Shown: positions 28,904 to 39,782 of the stretch, piece after piece
Position numbering within the stretch: the first letter of the stretch is position 1
How the letters are laid out: each line of letters starts with the position of its first letter
Assembly: GCA_046538485.1 (NCBI GenBank)
Contig: JBKHIT010000030.1
Span: forward strand, 1-57,449
DNA: 57,449 bases
Direction of reading: 5' to 3'
Origin: Candidatus Brocadiia bacterium
Lineage (GTDB): Bacteria; Planctomycetota; Brocadiia; SM23-32
The notes under the pieces: generated by a model
Told to the model about the DNA's origin: nothing
The model's database searches: none
The model's input: only the letters and a program-made list of their open reading frames with translations
Made by a program: the position numbers and the translations under genes

Positions 28904-29229
28904 GCAAACCTTCCCAAGAAAAAGTTGGTATCGAATCCGGAGAAGACCCATCACGGCCGGAGTGTCCCCTGTGTGGTTGCAGGATGCAGAAAACCGGGAA
29001 GAACCCTCTGGCCCGCTTTTCAGGTCTGGTCGCCTGGTATGTTGCCTTGTTTTTGCTGTTTTGGTGGGGTCCGGCAATCGGGGCGGGTCGTTTGACGGCG
29101 CTCTTGTTGTTGACAGGAGGTGGAATGTTCCTCGTGCGGGAGCGCACCGTCCGGTGGTGCCCGAACTGCAGTTATGCGCCCCGTGACCTGGCATCACCCG
29201 GAACGCCGACTGACAGCTTAAAACAATGA
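28900..29229 (+). CDS. Small membrane protein with a split Zn ribbon
   Basis: ATGA overlap with the upstream stop; CPLC, two hydrophobic helices, CPNC. Confidence 0.6.
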   Translation: MSKPSQEKVGIESGEDPSRPECPLCGCRMQKTGKNPLARFSGLVAWYVALFLLFWWGPAIGAGRLTALLLLTGGGMFLVRERTVRWCPNCSYAPRDLASPGTPTDSLKQ

Positions 29230-29239
29230 TCGTCGTAAT

Positions 29240-29866
29240 TTATTCCTCGGTGTAGAAACCGTATTCGTATTCTTGTTCGTCTTCTTCGGCCGTGCTCGCT
29301 ACCTCTTCTTCCTCCTCTTCTTGTTCGCGAACGAATTTTTCTTCTTTGAACAAGACATCATCGGAGATGGGGACAAAATCATGAGCGGCGCGGATGAGGT
29401 CGTTCGAAGTGCTTTGATCGAACGAAACGATTTCTACCCGACAACCTTTTGGTTTAATAGCGTCAACGAGGGGCAAAAAATCCCCGTCTCCCGTGACGAG
29501 AATGATGGTATCCAGGCGATTTGCCATGGTCATAACATCAACAGTAATGCCCACGTCCCAATCCCCTCGGGCGGAACCGTCGTCTCGGACGGTTAGCTCT
29601 CGTATTTTAACTTCGTAACCTGCGCGCCGCAGAGCTTCCAGGAAAGCATCCTGATCGACGTCAGGTTTTTGGACGACGTATGCCACGGAGCGGATGAGCT
29701 GCCGACCGCCGACAAGTTCGCCAAGAAGTTTGCTGTAATCGACTTTCGACTGGTGAAGAGTTCTGGCGGAGTAAAACATATTTTGGACGTCGACGAAAAT
29801 TCCGACTCGCTGGTGTGTATCTCTTGCTACTGAATCCGATAACACGAAAGTGTCCTTCCTTTCCAT
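29240..29866 (-). CDS. NYN domain (LabA/DUF88) protein
   Basis: IFVDVQN, GDWDVGITVD, LVTGDGDF.PL. Confidence 0.9.
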   Translation of the reverse strand: MERKDTFVLSDSVARDTHQRVGIFVDVQNMFYSARTLHQSKVDYSKLLGELVGGRQLIRSVAYVVQKPDVDQDAFLEALRRAGYEVKIRELTVRDDGSARGDWDVGITVDVMTMANRLDTIILVTGDGDFLPLVDAIKPKGCRVEIVSFDQSTSNDLIRAAHDFVPISDDVLFKEEKFVREQEEEEEEVASTAEEDEQEYEYGFYTEE

Positions 29867-30159
29867 GGGAAAAGACAGATATCCCGAACACAGAAGTTGA
29901 CTGAACCCCGTTCAGAATAGCTGCAAATAAACGAACCGGTATTATAGTCATGTGAGCATGGCTTTTCAAATATATGCCTGAGCTTCTGACCCTTATCCTA
30001 TTTCACAATCCCAACTTATGTTTCAATAATCTTACCCCGGAAGTTACAAAATATCACTTGACTTGAGAGATGAGGCAAATATCATTATGAATATGATTTT
30101 TGCGGGTTGAGAAAGAGTATTCGTACGGCAAGCCCCAGCAAAGAGGGCAGGAGTTTGAT

Positions 30160-33100
30160 ATGGGAAAACAGGCACGGCAGTTCCATGAAAGCTTTTTGGG
30201 GAGCCATATTATCGGGCGTTTTTTCTTTTTGATATTGGCACTCTCAGCCTGCTGGCTATGGGCCGGGCAAACTAAAGCTCAGAAAAAACCTCCGTTATTG
30301 GTGCCGATACGTTTTACACTTCCCACAGATTCCCGGGTCACGCTGGTCATTGAGGACGATCAGGGGCTCCGGGTGCGTAATCTCATCTCGGATATGCCTT
30401 TTAAAGCCGGGGAAAATACAGTTTGGTGGGATGGATTGATTGCAAAGCCTGTGAACATAGAGCGCAAAACCCGACACGCAAGTCACGATGTTAAATACGA
30501 ACTGGCTCCGCCGGGCAATTACAGTATTCGCGGGCTCTATCACGAGAAAATCGATCTTCTCTACCAATTGACGCCCTACCATCCCGGTTCCCCGCCCTGG
30601 TATACGGACCTTCGGCGAGAACCAGACGCTCCCTGGAGCTGGACTTCCCGAGGGGGTTGGCTTTCCGATATGGTCCCCCCCTCCGATGTGCTCTTTTTGC
30701 CTCACGGGAGTCCCTTTTCTCCGAAACGGCAGATGATGCTATCGGCAACGCATGCCGACCGAGGAGACGCGCTGGCCTGGGTCGATATCGACGGGCACAA
30801 ACTCGCGGGCCGTAACAGGATTCGGCCACCCGATGTGGGTGCTTTGAGGCTGGCCCTGGACGCAGGGCAGAGCCCCGAGCGGATCTACGCTGTGTATGTG
30901 GTTCAATCCGATCAAAAGCATCATTTAGGGATCTGTGAAATACAAAAGAACGGTCAGAAAGAGATCTTTGAAAAGACCTTTATTAACACAAAAACACTCG
31001 ATATCGGTGGCAGCGCGGCAAAAAACGGCGTTTTGGTGGTGAGCCTACCGTCCGATGACAAACTTCTGCTCATTGATGCCGCAGCGGGCAAACTGATGGG
31101 CCATTATCCGCTCAAAGAAGCTCGGGGGGTTTGTTACGATTCCCGAGGGCGCCTTCTTGCTATCTCGGCGAAATCGGTGGTGAGGTTTAAGGGAGGTGTT
31201 GGCTGGGCCGAAGGCACCTGTTTCGTACCCGACACCGAGACTTTTATCAGCGACTCACTGGTCCGGCCTTTTGATCTGGCTATCGGGCCGAATAAGCGAA
31301 TATACGTCACCGATGGAGGGACTCATCAGGTTAAGGTTTTCTCGCCCGATGGTAATAAAGTCCGTTCCATCGGCAAACCCGGGGGACCCCAGTTGGGCAG
31401 ATACGATCCAGAACGCATGCATAATCCGCGCGGGATTGCGATCACCAGAGGTGGCGCTCTGTGGGTTGCTGAATATAGCACATCACCGAGACGTATCAGT
31501 GTTTGGCGGACCGATGGTCGTTACGAGAAAGCTTTTTATGGCGGGCCACAATGGGATTCTCAAGGTAGTGTTGATCTTGTCGATAGGTCAATATTCCACT
31601 ATGCAGAAGGCGATCTCGGTATGCAATTCAGACTCGATTTGGCAGACGGCACAGTCGATTTAGAGACAATCTACCGACGCTCTGGATTTCTTGGGCGGGC
31701 TCCGCATGTCCCCATATACGTTCAGGGACGAAAATATATGGCAAATAGATATGATGTGCATGAGAGTGGCGTAGGTGAACCTCTCGGTATATGGCTATGG
31801 CGCGATGATCGCGTCATTCCTGTCGCGGCCGTCGGTCACACAAGCCAATCCAAAGATTTTGAGCCGTTTTCGCAGGTGTTGGGGAAGAACCCGAAAAGTC
31901 TTTTTATATGGTCTGATCTCAATGGGAACGGAAATGCCGAGTCGGAAGAGTTTTCTTTCAAGAAACTTGAACCCTGCAGGCTCTACGTAGGGTCAGATTT
32001 GACCATTTATACGTCTCATTCTTACCGTTTGCATCCCCGTCAATACACTGCAGGTGGTGTCCCGGTTTATGATGCTGATGAAGCACAGAGAGTAACCTCT
32101 GCTTGTGATGGTTTTGCGGGTTTTGGCCAGGGCGTAACGTTTCCCGGAGCTGATGGATCGGTCATCGTTACCGGGGCGCCAATAAGAGGTTATAAATCGG
32201 GGAAGCAACTCTGGTGGTACCCGAACCAATGGGTGGGTGCCAACCTGGCCAAAAAAGTCCCTCATACGTCTCGCCGAGGGCAGCTTAATGCTGCGGTAAG
32301 GCTATTGGGGCAGCCCTTTTACCCCCATTCTGTAAAAAAGATGGGCGTGTGGGGAATTGCCAGCTACAACGGACCATGTTACCTGTTCACCACAGACGGG
32401 TTGTTCATCGGCGAGTTGCTTGGAGATGGGCGGGAAGAAGATATTACATCACCCAAGTGCCGTCAGGGGGATTCGATTAAAAACATGAGCATGGGCGTTG
32501 ATACACCGGCTATTTCTCTTACCCATACAGCGGACGATCAGACTTATCTGGTCGCCGGTAAAAGCCACCATAGCATTGCCCGGATAACAAATCTCGCATC
32601 AATCAGACGGATCAAGCCTTTTGCAATTGAACTGGTCCCGAGTGATCTGGCGAAAGTTCTGGAGTATTTTAAGAACACCGGGGCGGAACAGGCGGAGCCC
32701 TATTTAATGAGCGGCTTCAAGGTGACGGAGAAGGTCCGGGAAAAACTTGCTCAGTACCGAATCCGTTACGAAAGCGAACGAATCAAACGGGAAGGGCGAC
32801 TTTCTTTGCAGGTATCGGCTCTGAATCGAGCCCCAATTCTGGACGGTCGGTTCGACGGATGGCGAAAAGCCGACTGGGTACACATTGACAAGCACACCCG
32901 CGCCGCGGTCGGTTTTTTAAAGCCTCGTCTTTACGTTGCCTTCCAGACCAAACATGATAAACTTCTCATGAACAATGCGGAGGATCCAAAGCAGATTTTT
33001 GCACGCGGCGGTGCTCTGGAACTGTTTGTCGGGAGCAACCCTGATGCTGACCCCGCAAGACAAAAACCGGTGGCCGGGGATAAACGACTTGTCGTGACCC

Positions 33101-33468
33101 GGATTGACGGAAAGGTTTGCGCGGTTCTCTATCAACCTGTGTCCCCCGACGAGAAAAAGCCTCACACGTTCAAATCCAAGGATTCCAAAATTCACTTTGA
33201 TCTCGTCAAAGAATGTACGGCGGACATAACTATCGGACAGCGTCCCCGCCATTATGAGATGTCCGTTCCTCTTAAATTGCTTGGTATCAAGCCGAAGAAC
33301 GGGCTCGTTCTGCGGGGAGATTTGGGTATTATTAAAGGCAGAGAGGGATCATGTGTTTGGCGGAAGTGCTGGAATAATCAGGCGACCTCGTGCGGGGCAG
33401 GGTTGAAATATGAGGTGAAGATGTACCCACAATTTTGGGGTGAGTGGCATTTTCCCAAAGGAGATTGA
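30160..33468 (+). CDS. Large secreted NHL-repeat/beta-propeller protein with FlgD-Ig-like N-terminus and CBM9-like C-terminus
   Basis: Signal peptide; TLVIED..G.RVRNL....AGE.TV.WDG; P.DLAIGP..RIYVTD...HQVKVFSPDG; WSDLNGNG; P.LDG..DGW. Confidence 0.75.
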   Translation: MGKQARQFHESFLGSHIIGRFFFLILALSACWLWAGQTKAQKKPPLLVPIRFTLPTDSRVTLVIEDDQGLRVRNLISDMPFKAGENTVWWDGLIAKPVNIERKTRHASHDVKYELAPPGNYSIRGLYHEKIDLLYQLTPYHPGSPPWYTDLRREPDAPWSWTSRGGWLSDMVPPSDVLFLPHGSPFSPKRQMMLSATHADRGDALAWVDIDGHKLAGRNRIRPPDVGALRLALDAGQSPERIYAVYVVQSDQKHHLGICEIQKNGQKEIFEKTFINTKTLDIGGSAAKNGVLVVSLPSDDKLLLIDAAAGKLMGHYPLKEARGVCYDSRGRLLAISAKSVVRFKGGVGWAEGTCFVPDTETFISDSLVRPFDLAIGPNKRIYVTDGGTHQVKVFSPDGNKVRSIGKPGGPQLGRYDPERMHNPRGIAITRGGALWVAEYSTSPRRISVWRTDGRYEKAFYGGPQWDSQGSVDLVDRSIFHYAEGDLGMQFRLDLADGTVDLETIYRRSGFLGRAPHVPIYVQGRKYMANRYDVHESGVGEPLGIWLWRDDRVIPVAAVGHTSQSKDFEPFSQVLGKNPKSLFIWSDLNGNGNAESEEFSFKKLEPCRLYVGSDLTIYTSHSYRLHPRQYTAGGVPVYDADEAQRVTSACDGFAGFGQGVTFPGADGSVIVTGAPIRGYKSGKQLWWYPNQWVGANLAKKVPHTSRRGQLNAAVRLLGQPFYPHSVKKMGVWGIASYNGPCYLFTTDGLFIGELLGDGREEDITSPKCRQGDSIKNMSMGVDTPAISLTHTADDQTYLVAGKSHHSIARITNLASIRRIKPFAIELVPSDLAKVLEYFKNTGAEQAEPYLMSGFKVTEKVREKLAQYRIRYESERIKREGRLSLQVSALNRAPILDGRFDGWRKADWVHIDKHTRAAVGFLKPRLYVAFQTKHDKLLMNNAEDPKQIFARGGALELFVGSNPDADPARQKPVAGDKRLVVTRIDGKVCAVLYQPVSPDEKKPHTFKSKDSKIHFDLVKECTADITIGQRPRHYEMSVPLKLLGIKPKNGLVLRGDLGIIKGREGSCVWRKCWNNQATSCGAGLKYEVKMYPQFWGEWHFPKGD

Positions 33469-33516
33469 ACGCTTTCGCCCATTTAATCTATGCCAACCGC
33501 GGGCTCCGAAAGTACA

Positions 33517-33547
33517 AAAAAGGCCGGGGAATTTACCCCGGCCTTTT
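33517..33547. terminator. Bidirectional intrinsic terminator
   Basis: AAAAAGGCCGGGG-AATTTA-CCCCGGCCTTTT between convergent genes. Confidence 0.85.
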
Positions 33548-33584
33548 CTCTATTTCAGTCTGTCCCTCTGGGGCAACGCTTGCG

Positions 33585-33791
33585 TCAACGCATGGTTTCG
33601 TCAAACGTGCCAGAAGGTTCGTGCAGGCCCAGAACCCAATCAACGTCGTCAACAATGTGATCAAGATCTGTCTCAATCACGTACCTGCGTCTGCGTTGTC
33701 TCTGGGCGCTGAATGCGTTACAACCACAGACAAACAAAATGGCCAAAACACCCATCAAACAAATGATTCGTGCTGCCCAGGAGTTCTTCAT
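33585..33791 (-). CDS. Small putative lipoprotein
   Basis: GGAGG RBS; signal peptide ending VCGC; DLDHIVDDVDWVLGLHEPS. Confidence 0.65.
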   Translation of the reverse strand: MKNSWAARIICLMGVLAILFVCGCNAFSAQRQRRRRYVIETDLDHIVDDVDWVLGLHEPSGTFDETMR

Positions 33792-34144
33792 GCTTATTGT
33801 ATCCTCCGCAAAAACTTAAATCCATTCTTGTAGGAAATATACTACTTTGGTGTGCCGATGTCAAACAAATTTGGCATAGTTTTCGTAAAACCATTTTTGA
33901 TGCGTTATTGTTGAACATTCCGTAATATTTTGTTTCGGCTGATTAGTGTTACAGCAACCAAACCGGCCGATACTCAGCAGGGCTGACAGGCACGACGTTA
34001 CTTTATATTACGGAGAACGGCGTTCTAAAAAAGCATGTGGACAAGAATACTGACAAAGAAGCTGATCGTCGGTGGCAAGGGCGTTGTTATCGGATCGATT
34101 GCCGCCCCCCCGGGCATCGTGTCAGCCTATATGGCAAAATATGC

Positions 34145-35194
34145 TTAAAGGGCTTCGGCCACCAGATCGCCCACTTCTTCCGTGGTGTAGCCCATTTTCC
34201 CCGCCGACAGGCTCTCAAGCTTGTCGTTTGTGACGGACATTACGGATTTTTCAACTCGCTCTGCGGCCTTTGATTCTCCAAGATGTTCCAGCAACATACT
34301 GACCGCACAAATGGCGGCAAGAGGGTTGATTTTTCCCTCTCCAGTGTATTTGGGGGCACTTCCGCCAATAGGCTCAAACATCGACACACCATCGGGATTG
34401 AGATTCCCCCCGGCGGCAATACCCATACCGCCCTGAATCATCGCTCCGAGGTCGGTAATAATATCGCCGAACATATTGGGAGTCACAATGACGTCAAACC
34501 ATTCCGGATTCTTAATCATCCACATACATGTCGCGTCAACATGCGCGTAATCCGTTTCGATGTCCGGATATTCCTCCCCGATTTCATTGAATGTGCGCCA
34601 CCACAGATCATGCGCATATGTCAGGACATTAGTCTTTGCGCACAATGTCAGACGTTTTTCCGCGTTCCTTTTTTTGCAATACTCAAACGCATACCGGATA
34701 CACCGTTCCACTCCCATACGCGTGTTAACCATCTCCTGAATAGCGACTTCATCTGGAGTCCCTTTGTAGACGAACCCTCCAGAACCGCAATAGAGCCCTT
34801 CGTTGTTTTCCCGGACCACGACAAAATCTATATCCTCGGGCCCCTTGTTGGCGAGAGGACACTCTACACCGGGATACAACCTCACCGGACGCAGGTTTAT
34901 ATATTGTTGCAGTTCAAAACGTAGCCGCAGCAACAACCCTTTTTCGAGAATGCCCGGTTCGACGTCGGGATGTCCCACGGCACCCAGATAAATAGCATCG
35001 AATTTGCGGAGTTCATCCAGGGCCCCTTCTGGAAGGACCTCCCCGCTTTTAAGATAACGTTCGCCCCCGAAATCGAAGCTCGTGGTTTCGCAGGCGAAAT
35101 TTTCCAATTGGGTGACGGCCATGAGAACTTTCAATCCCTGCTCGACAACTTCAGGTCCGGTTCCGTCCCCGGGAATAACGGCGATTTTGTACAT
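34145..35194 (-). CDS. leuB: 3-isopropylmalate dehydrogenase
   Basis: [40 protein letters not shown]. Confidence 0.88.
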   Translation of the reverse strand: MYKIAVIPGDGTGPEVVEQGLKVLMAVTQLENFACETTSFDFGGERYLKSGEVLPEGALDELRKFDAIYLGAVGHPDVEPGILEKGLLLRLRFELQQYINLRPVRLYPGVECPLANKGPEDIDFVVVRENNEGLYCGSGGFVYKGTPDEVAIQEMVNTRMGVERCIRYAFEYCKKRNAEKRLTLCAKTNVLTYAHDLWWRTFNEIGEEYPDIETDYAHVDATCMWMIKNPEWFDVIVTPNMFGDIITDLGAMIQGGMGIAAGGNLNPDGVSMFEPIGGSAPKYTGEGKINPLAAICAVSMLLEHLGESKAAERVEKSVMSVTNDKLESLSAGKMGYTTEEVGDLVAEAL

Positions 35195-35262
35195 TTTGAG
35201 TTAACTCCGTAGCTTTCGAATCGAAGCCGACAAAATGAAATTACAGGATTTTATCAAACGTG

Positions 35263-35297
35263 AAAAGCGCAAGTCCCGATATGCTCGGAACTTGCGC
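35263..35297 (-). terminator. Terminator after tRNA-Glu
   Basis: Minus strand GCGCAAGTTCCGA-loop-TCGGGACTTGCGC then TTTT. Confidence 0.65.
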
Positions 35298-35310
35298 CAT
35301 CGGCAATTAA

Positions 35311-35385
35311 TGGTGACCCCACGGGGATTCGAACCCCGATTGCCGGATCGAAAGTCCGGTGTCCTGGCCATTGGACGATGGGGCC
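35311..35385 (-). tRNA. tRNA-Glu(TTC)
   Basis: Reverse complement GGCCCCATCGTCCAATGGCCAGGAC..CCGGA-CTTTCGA-TCCGG..GGTTCGAATCC..CCA. Confidence 0.93.
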
Positions 35386-35459
35386 ATTTTGGCTGCGCGC
35401 CGATAGAATAGCAGCTTTTCGAATAAATTCCAACTGAATCTTCTCAGCCAGGGCAATCC

Positions 35460-38060
35460 CTATTCTTTTTGTTCCCCTCGTTTTTCAATCGCTGCGAAAT
35501 CAAGCTTGTCCAACAGATCTCCCACGTCCGCTTTTTCTCCTTTGTTTTCTCCTTTCTTCTGCCTGCCTTCCTGGCCCTCTTCCGAGTTCTGGGCCATCGC
35601 ATTTTGCCCCTCGCTCTCCTTATCAAATTTCGCAAGGCGTTCCATACGACGGCTTTTTTTGCCTACGGTACTCTTTGGTTTTTGAACGGATGACGGGAGT
35701 TCAACGTCGGGGACCTCAGTCGGTATTTTGCTCTTTTGTTTCTGTTTGCGTCTCTCCTTCTTCTGCTCTTTCTTAGATTCAGCTTTCCGTTTGCGTTCAG
35801 ATGCTTTGCGAACCGCGTCCTCGGAACGCATAGAGAGAGCAATTCGGCGTTTGTCTGGGTCAACTTCAACGACACGCACTTTTATTTTCGAGCCCACCCA
35901 AACGACATCGTAAGGGCTTTCCACGTATTCGTCCGCTAGCTCACTGACATGAACCAGGCCATCTTCACTGACGCCCACATCTACGAATGCGCCAAAATCG
36001 ACAACTTTTCTAACGGTACCCCGCAGGACCTGCAGAGGCTCAAGATTCTGAAAACGGAGCGGTTTTTGCCGCAGCACAGGCCCTTCTTCGTTTTGTCTCG
36101 GATCCGGCCATGGATCGCACAGCTCATCGAGAATGTCTTTCAGAACGAGGTAATGAACATCAAATTCCTTCTCCAGGTCCGCAAATTTTATTTCCCCGCG
36201 CTTTTCGCGGATTTTCTCGAGGGTTTCCTCGTTTTTGAGATCCTCCAGTTTACAGTCCAGTTCCGCAACTATCTTTTCAGCAACTGGATACATTTGCGGG
36301 TGGATTCGCGTGTTGTCCAGTGGGTTGTCGGAATCTTTGATTCGAACAAATCCCGCCGCGCGTTCCCAGGTCTCTTTGTCTGTTTTGGGAACTTCGCGCA
36401 ACCGCCACCGTGTGTCGAACGGACCGTTGTCATTGCGGTACTTGACAATTTCGTTTGCTGCTCGGCCATGCAGCCCCGGCACATATTTAAGCATACCTCT
36501 CGGGGCTTCGTTAAGCTGGGGGCCGACCTGCCCAACCGATTCTTCCGCGACAGAGCGGATAGTCTCTTTCAACGCAATATTATCCACTTCTTGCACGTAG
36601 CGGGACGGGCAGAGATCTTTGAGGTTTACTTTGCAGAGTTCTCGAAGCGGATCAAGAAGACGACGCGCCAACGATATAGCCGACTGGATTCCCTTTTTCC
36701 GAGATCCGCACTCCCGTTTTGCCAGTGAACTTCCGGCATAAGCGTCGGACGGGCGTTCGTCAAGCACGCAGTATTGCAAGTCGTCGAAGCTTTCCTCAAT
36801 GATTTCGCTCAGCAACTTCTCAGTTTCGTCGCAAGCTGTGCCGTCGCCGATACTGACCACACTTAAATCGTGTCCCTGAACCAGTTCTACAATTTTCTCT
36901 TTCGCCTTTTCCTTTTCATCCCGCGGGGTGTTAGGGTAGACCACCGCTGATTCCAGGACACCACCATTTTCGTCCACGGCAGCCAGTTTGCAGCCCGTTC
37001 TATAGCCCGGACTAATGCCAAGCACCCGAGCGCCCTTGAGAGGCCGCCTCATCAGGTGTGATCGCAAATTCGACTTAATGATGTCCAAACCAAGTTTTTC
37101 TGCTTCTGCTCGCAGTTCTTTTTCCAGCTCTCTGTTCAGGATAGGTATAAGGACATTGGACAGACTGACCCGAATGCACCAATACAGGAATTCCGCCGCG
37201 TTCAATTCCCCCAGGGCCTTGCCGTCCGGTTTCTCGTCCACGTCGTAGAAGCGGGTTTCAATCTGGCTGAATTGTTCTCGCCCCCCCCGAAGATAAAGAT
37301 CCGCTGCGGTCTGAAAGACCTCTTCCATAGGGGCTTCAACGCGATAATCAAGCACCTTCAGGCGTTTCCCCCTCATCATACACAAGATGTGGTAGGGATG
37401 GACATCTTTGACCGGGCTTTCGAATTTCATGTAATCGCGCAGTTCACTGCGATAGCGTTTCTTCGATCGCCCGGTCCCTTCGGAAACAACCTTCCCTTTC
37501 TCGCGAAGAACGCGGCGCTGTTTATCCCGATGGGATTTCTCTTCAGCAATCCAATCGCAGATAATGTGAAATGTTCCGTCCAGGACTTCGCCTACCTCTT
37601 CAAGCCCCTGCGCTTCGTCAGCGTATGATTCCGCTTCATCCGATAGCAAGGGTATCGGATCTTCCTGGTGGAAAATCTTTAAAGCAAGAGCCTCCAGACC
37701 TTGACTCAACGCAAGCCGGGAGCGAGACCGTTTGCGCGGCCTGAAAGGCACATAATAGTCGATCAGCTCGCTCATCGAGCTGGCGGACTCTATATCTTTT
37801 TCCAGGTCTCCAGTAAGAACACCCTGATCTTGCAATTTCTCCCGGATTTTTTGGCGCTCTTTGTCCAATCTATTCAGCCGCCGTGCCTCGCGTCGCAATT
37901 CGTCCAAGACCTCATAATCGAGGTTGGCCGCGAGATCTTTGCGGTACCGGAGAATATAAGGTGCACTATATCCCGCATCCAGAAGCTGGAGCAGCTCCTG
38001 AATTTGGTCTACGTCAAGATGATGCTTCCCGGCGAGGTTCTTCAGGACCTTTTCAGACAT
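35460..38060 (-). CDS. tex: Tex-family RNA-binding transcriptional accessory protein
   Basis: PYILRYRK, PGYRTGCKLA, IGDGTA, NPLDNTRIHP, S1 domain GTVRKVVDFGAFVDVG. Confidence 0.92.
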   Translation of the reverse strand: MSEKVLKNLAGKHHLDVDQIQELLQLLDAGYSAPYILRYRKDLAANLDYEVLDELRREARRLNRLDKERQKIREKLQDQGVLTGDLEKDIESASSMSELIDYYVPFRPRKRSRSRLALSQGLEALALKIFHQEDPIPLLSDEAESYADEAQGLEEVGEVLDGTFHIICDWIAEEKSHRDKQRRVLREKGKVVSEGTGRSKKRYRSELRDYMKFESPVKDVHPYHILCMMRGKRLKVLDYRVEAPMEEVFQTAADLYLRGGREQFSQIETRFYDVDEKPDGKALGELNAAEFLYWCIRVSLSNVLIPILNRELEKELRAEAEKLGLDIIKSNLRSHLMRRPLKGARVLGISPGYRTGCKLAAVDENGGVLESAVVYPNTPRDEKEKAKEKIVELVQGHDLSVVSIGDGTACDETEKLLSEIIEESFDDLQYCVLDERPSDAYAGSSLAKRECGSRKKGIQSAISLARRLLDPLRELCKVNLKDLCPSRYVQEVDNIALKETIRSVAEESVGQVGPQLNEAPRGMLKYVPGLHGRAANEIVKYRNDNGPFDTRWRLREVPKTDKETWERAAGFVRIKDSDNPLDNTRIHPQMYPVAEKIVAELDCKLEDLKNEETLEKIREKRGEIKFADLEKEFDVHYLVLKDILDELCDPWPDPRQNEEGPVLRQKPLRFQNLEPLQVLRGTVRKVVDFGAFVDVGVSEDGLVHVSELADEYVESPYDVVWVGSKIKVRVVEVDPDKRRIALSMRSEDAVRKASERKRKAESKKEQKKERRKQKQKSKIPTEVPDVELPSSVQKPKSTVGKKSRRMERLAKFDKESEGQNAMAQNSEEGQEGRQKKGENKGEKADVGDLLDKLDFAAIEKRGEQKE

Positions 38061-38375
38061 AACTTAGCCCGGCAGACGTCCCCATTTGAGGTACAGAAAA
38101 AGGTGGGTGAACGTGAATTGAAACAGGAAGTCCTTGTCATACGCATACAAGGCTCAAAACAGCATCCTATCAGGAACGAACCGTTTCGTCAACCCCCTAT
38201 TGAAATTTTTTCAAAATTCCCCGGAAATGCTCGGCATAAATAAAATTCGATAGGAACTGGAATAAGGTGCAATTCAGCCGGGCTTGCTCCTTTTGGACAC
38301 TTTCGTTATACTTCTGATTCGCACTCAAATAATAACTGTTTTCTGGAATCCTGCTATCTTGGAGATTGCGATCCA

Positions 38376-39695
38376 ATGGCAAAAAAACGAGTCATTTTTG
38401 GCGAATCCGGCGGCCCTACCCCGGTGATCGATTGGGAAGTAGCCGGAGCTGTCGATCAGGCGCAAAAGGCTGGCTGGGAAGTTTACGGTATGATCAACGG
38501 TCTCGAAGGGCTGCTGCATGGAAACGTGGAAGGCAACGTCGTTGATCTGACAAAAATCGACCCGATGTCTTTTGCGTTCAATGGGCCGGGCGCCTGTTTG
38601 CGCACAACGCGCATTAAACCAAAGAAAGAACAATACAAACGCATCGGAGAAAATCTTGATGCTTTTGGGATAGACGCTGTGGTCTACTTCGGAGGAAACG
38701 ATTCCGCCGACCAACTGCGCGGTCTTGGTGCTTTCACCGACGCGCAATTGATCCACGGTATCAAAACGGTTGATAACGATCTGCCTGTGACCCATCACAG
38801 TCCCGGATACGGTTCGGCGAGTCTTTATAATGCGACGGCTCTCAAAAACGTGCATAGCGACTATTCTTCCTATCGTGTCCGTGGAAATTACAAAAGCAAT
38901 GGCGAGGTGAAACAGGGCTGGGGAGTTGCCCCTGTTGCAATCTATCAGGTTATGGGGCGAAAAGCCGGTTGGCTGGCACAGGCAACCGGCTTTGCAAAAG
39001 TTGACCCTAAGGGTGATATTCAGCCTGACCGCCCCCCCCACATCATCCTTTCCCGTGAAGTTCCTTTCTCGCAAGAGATTTTCCTGGAACAGTTGCAGGA
39101 ACTTATAACCAGACTGGGCGAAGCGGTCGTCGTGGTGCAGGAAGACCTGACCGATGCTCAAACGGGAGAAAGTCTGGCCGAAAAATACACCGCAGATGTG
39201 GAGCGGGACGAACATGGTAACATACAGCACGGGCGTTCGACGTCCTTCTCCCCGGCTATTTTCCTTTCACAACTCTGCACTCAGGAACTCAAGGTCGATT
39301 GCGTTTATGGCAAGGTTAAAGATGTGGCTCTGGTTCCCCAGCACGTCCAGCGTAGCTGTATGATGTCGAGAATTGATGCCTCTGAAGCATATCAGGTTGG
39401 TGCCGCGTGTATTGAAGCGCTTGAATCCGGAGAAAACCTCAAGTCAGTCATTCTCGAGCGTAGCGCGGGCTACACGATGACCGGCCTGACTGACGTTCAG
39501 AACATTGCTGCCAGGGAGGAGACGGTTCCATTGGACTACATCAAAAATTTTGCTGGACCCACTCAGGAGTTCATTGATGAATATATCTATCTCATTGGTG
39601 GTCCGGCAGCAATCCCGCATTACTCTTTGAGGCGATTTGAAAACGTACCGGTGCCCGAAGCCATCAAAGACAAGCCTTATTTCCGCGCCGAATAA
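38376..39695 (+). CDS. pfp: 6-phosphofructokinase, probably PPi-dependent
   Basis: SGGPTPVI, GGNDS (Asp typical of PPi-type), KTVDNDL, VMGRKAGWL. Confidence 0.85.
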   Translation: MAKKRVIFGESGGPTPVIDWEVAGAVDQAQKAGWEVYGMINGLEGLLHGNVEGNVVDLTKIDPMSFAFNGPGACLRTTRIKPKKEQYKRIGENLDAFGIDAVVYFGGNDSADQLRGLGAFTDAQLIHGIKTVDNDLPVTHHSPGYGSASLYNATALKNVHSDYSSYRVRGNYKSNGEVKQGWGVAPVAIYQVMGRKAGWLAQATGFAKVDPKGDIQPDRPPHIILSREVPFSQEIFLEQLQELITRLGEAVVVVQEDLTDAQTGESLAEKYTADVERDEHGNIQHGRSTSFSPAIFLSQLCTQELKVDCVYGKVKDVALVPQHVQRSCMMSRIDASEAYQVGAACIEALESGENLKSVILERSAGYTMTGLTDVQNIAAREETVPLDYIKNFAGPTQEFIDEYIYLIGGPAAIPHYSLRRFENVPVPEAIKDKPYFRAE

Positions 39696-39782
39696 CAAAA
39701 GGCGATGTTACTGAGCGGGAGCTTCTCTGCAGCTAAACGTTTGAGCCGGGCATCAAAATCCCGGTTCCGTTCTTCGGAGACA

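Noticed and set aside
38325..39230. 301-aa antisense ORF (likewise 7755-8654, 24962-25714, 35949-36728)
   Set aside because: Shadow frames of well-supported genes
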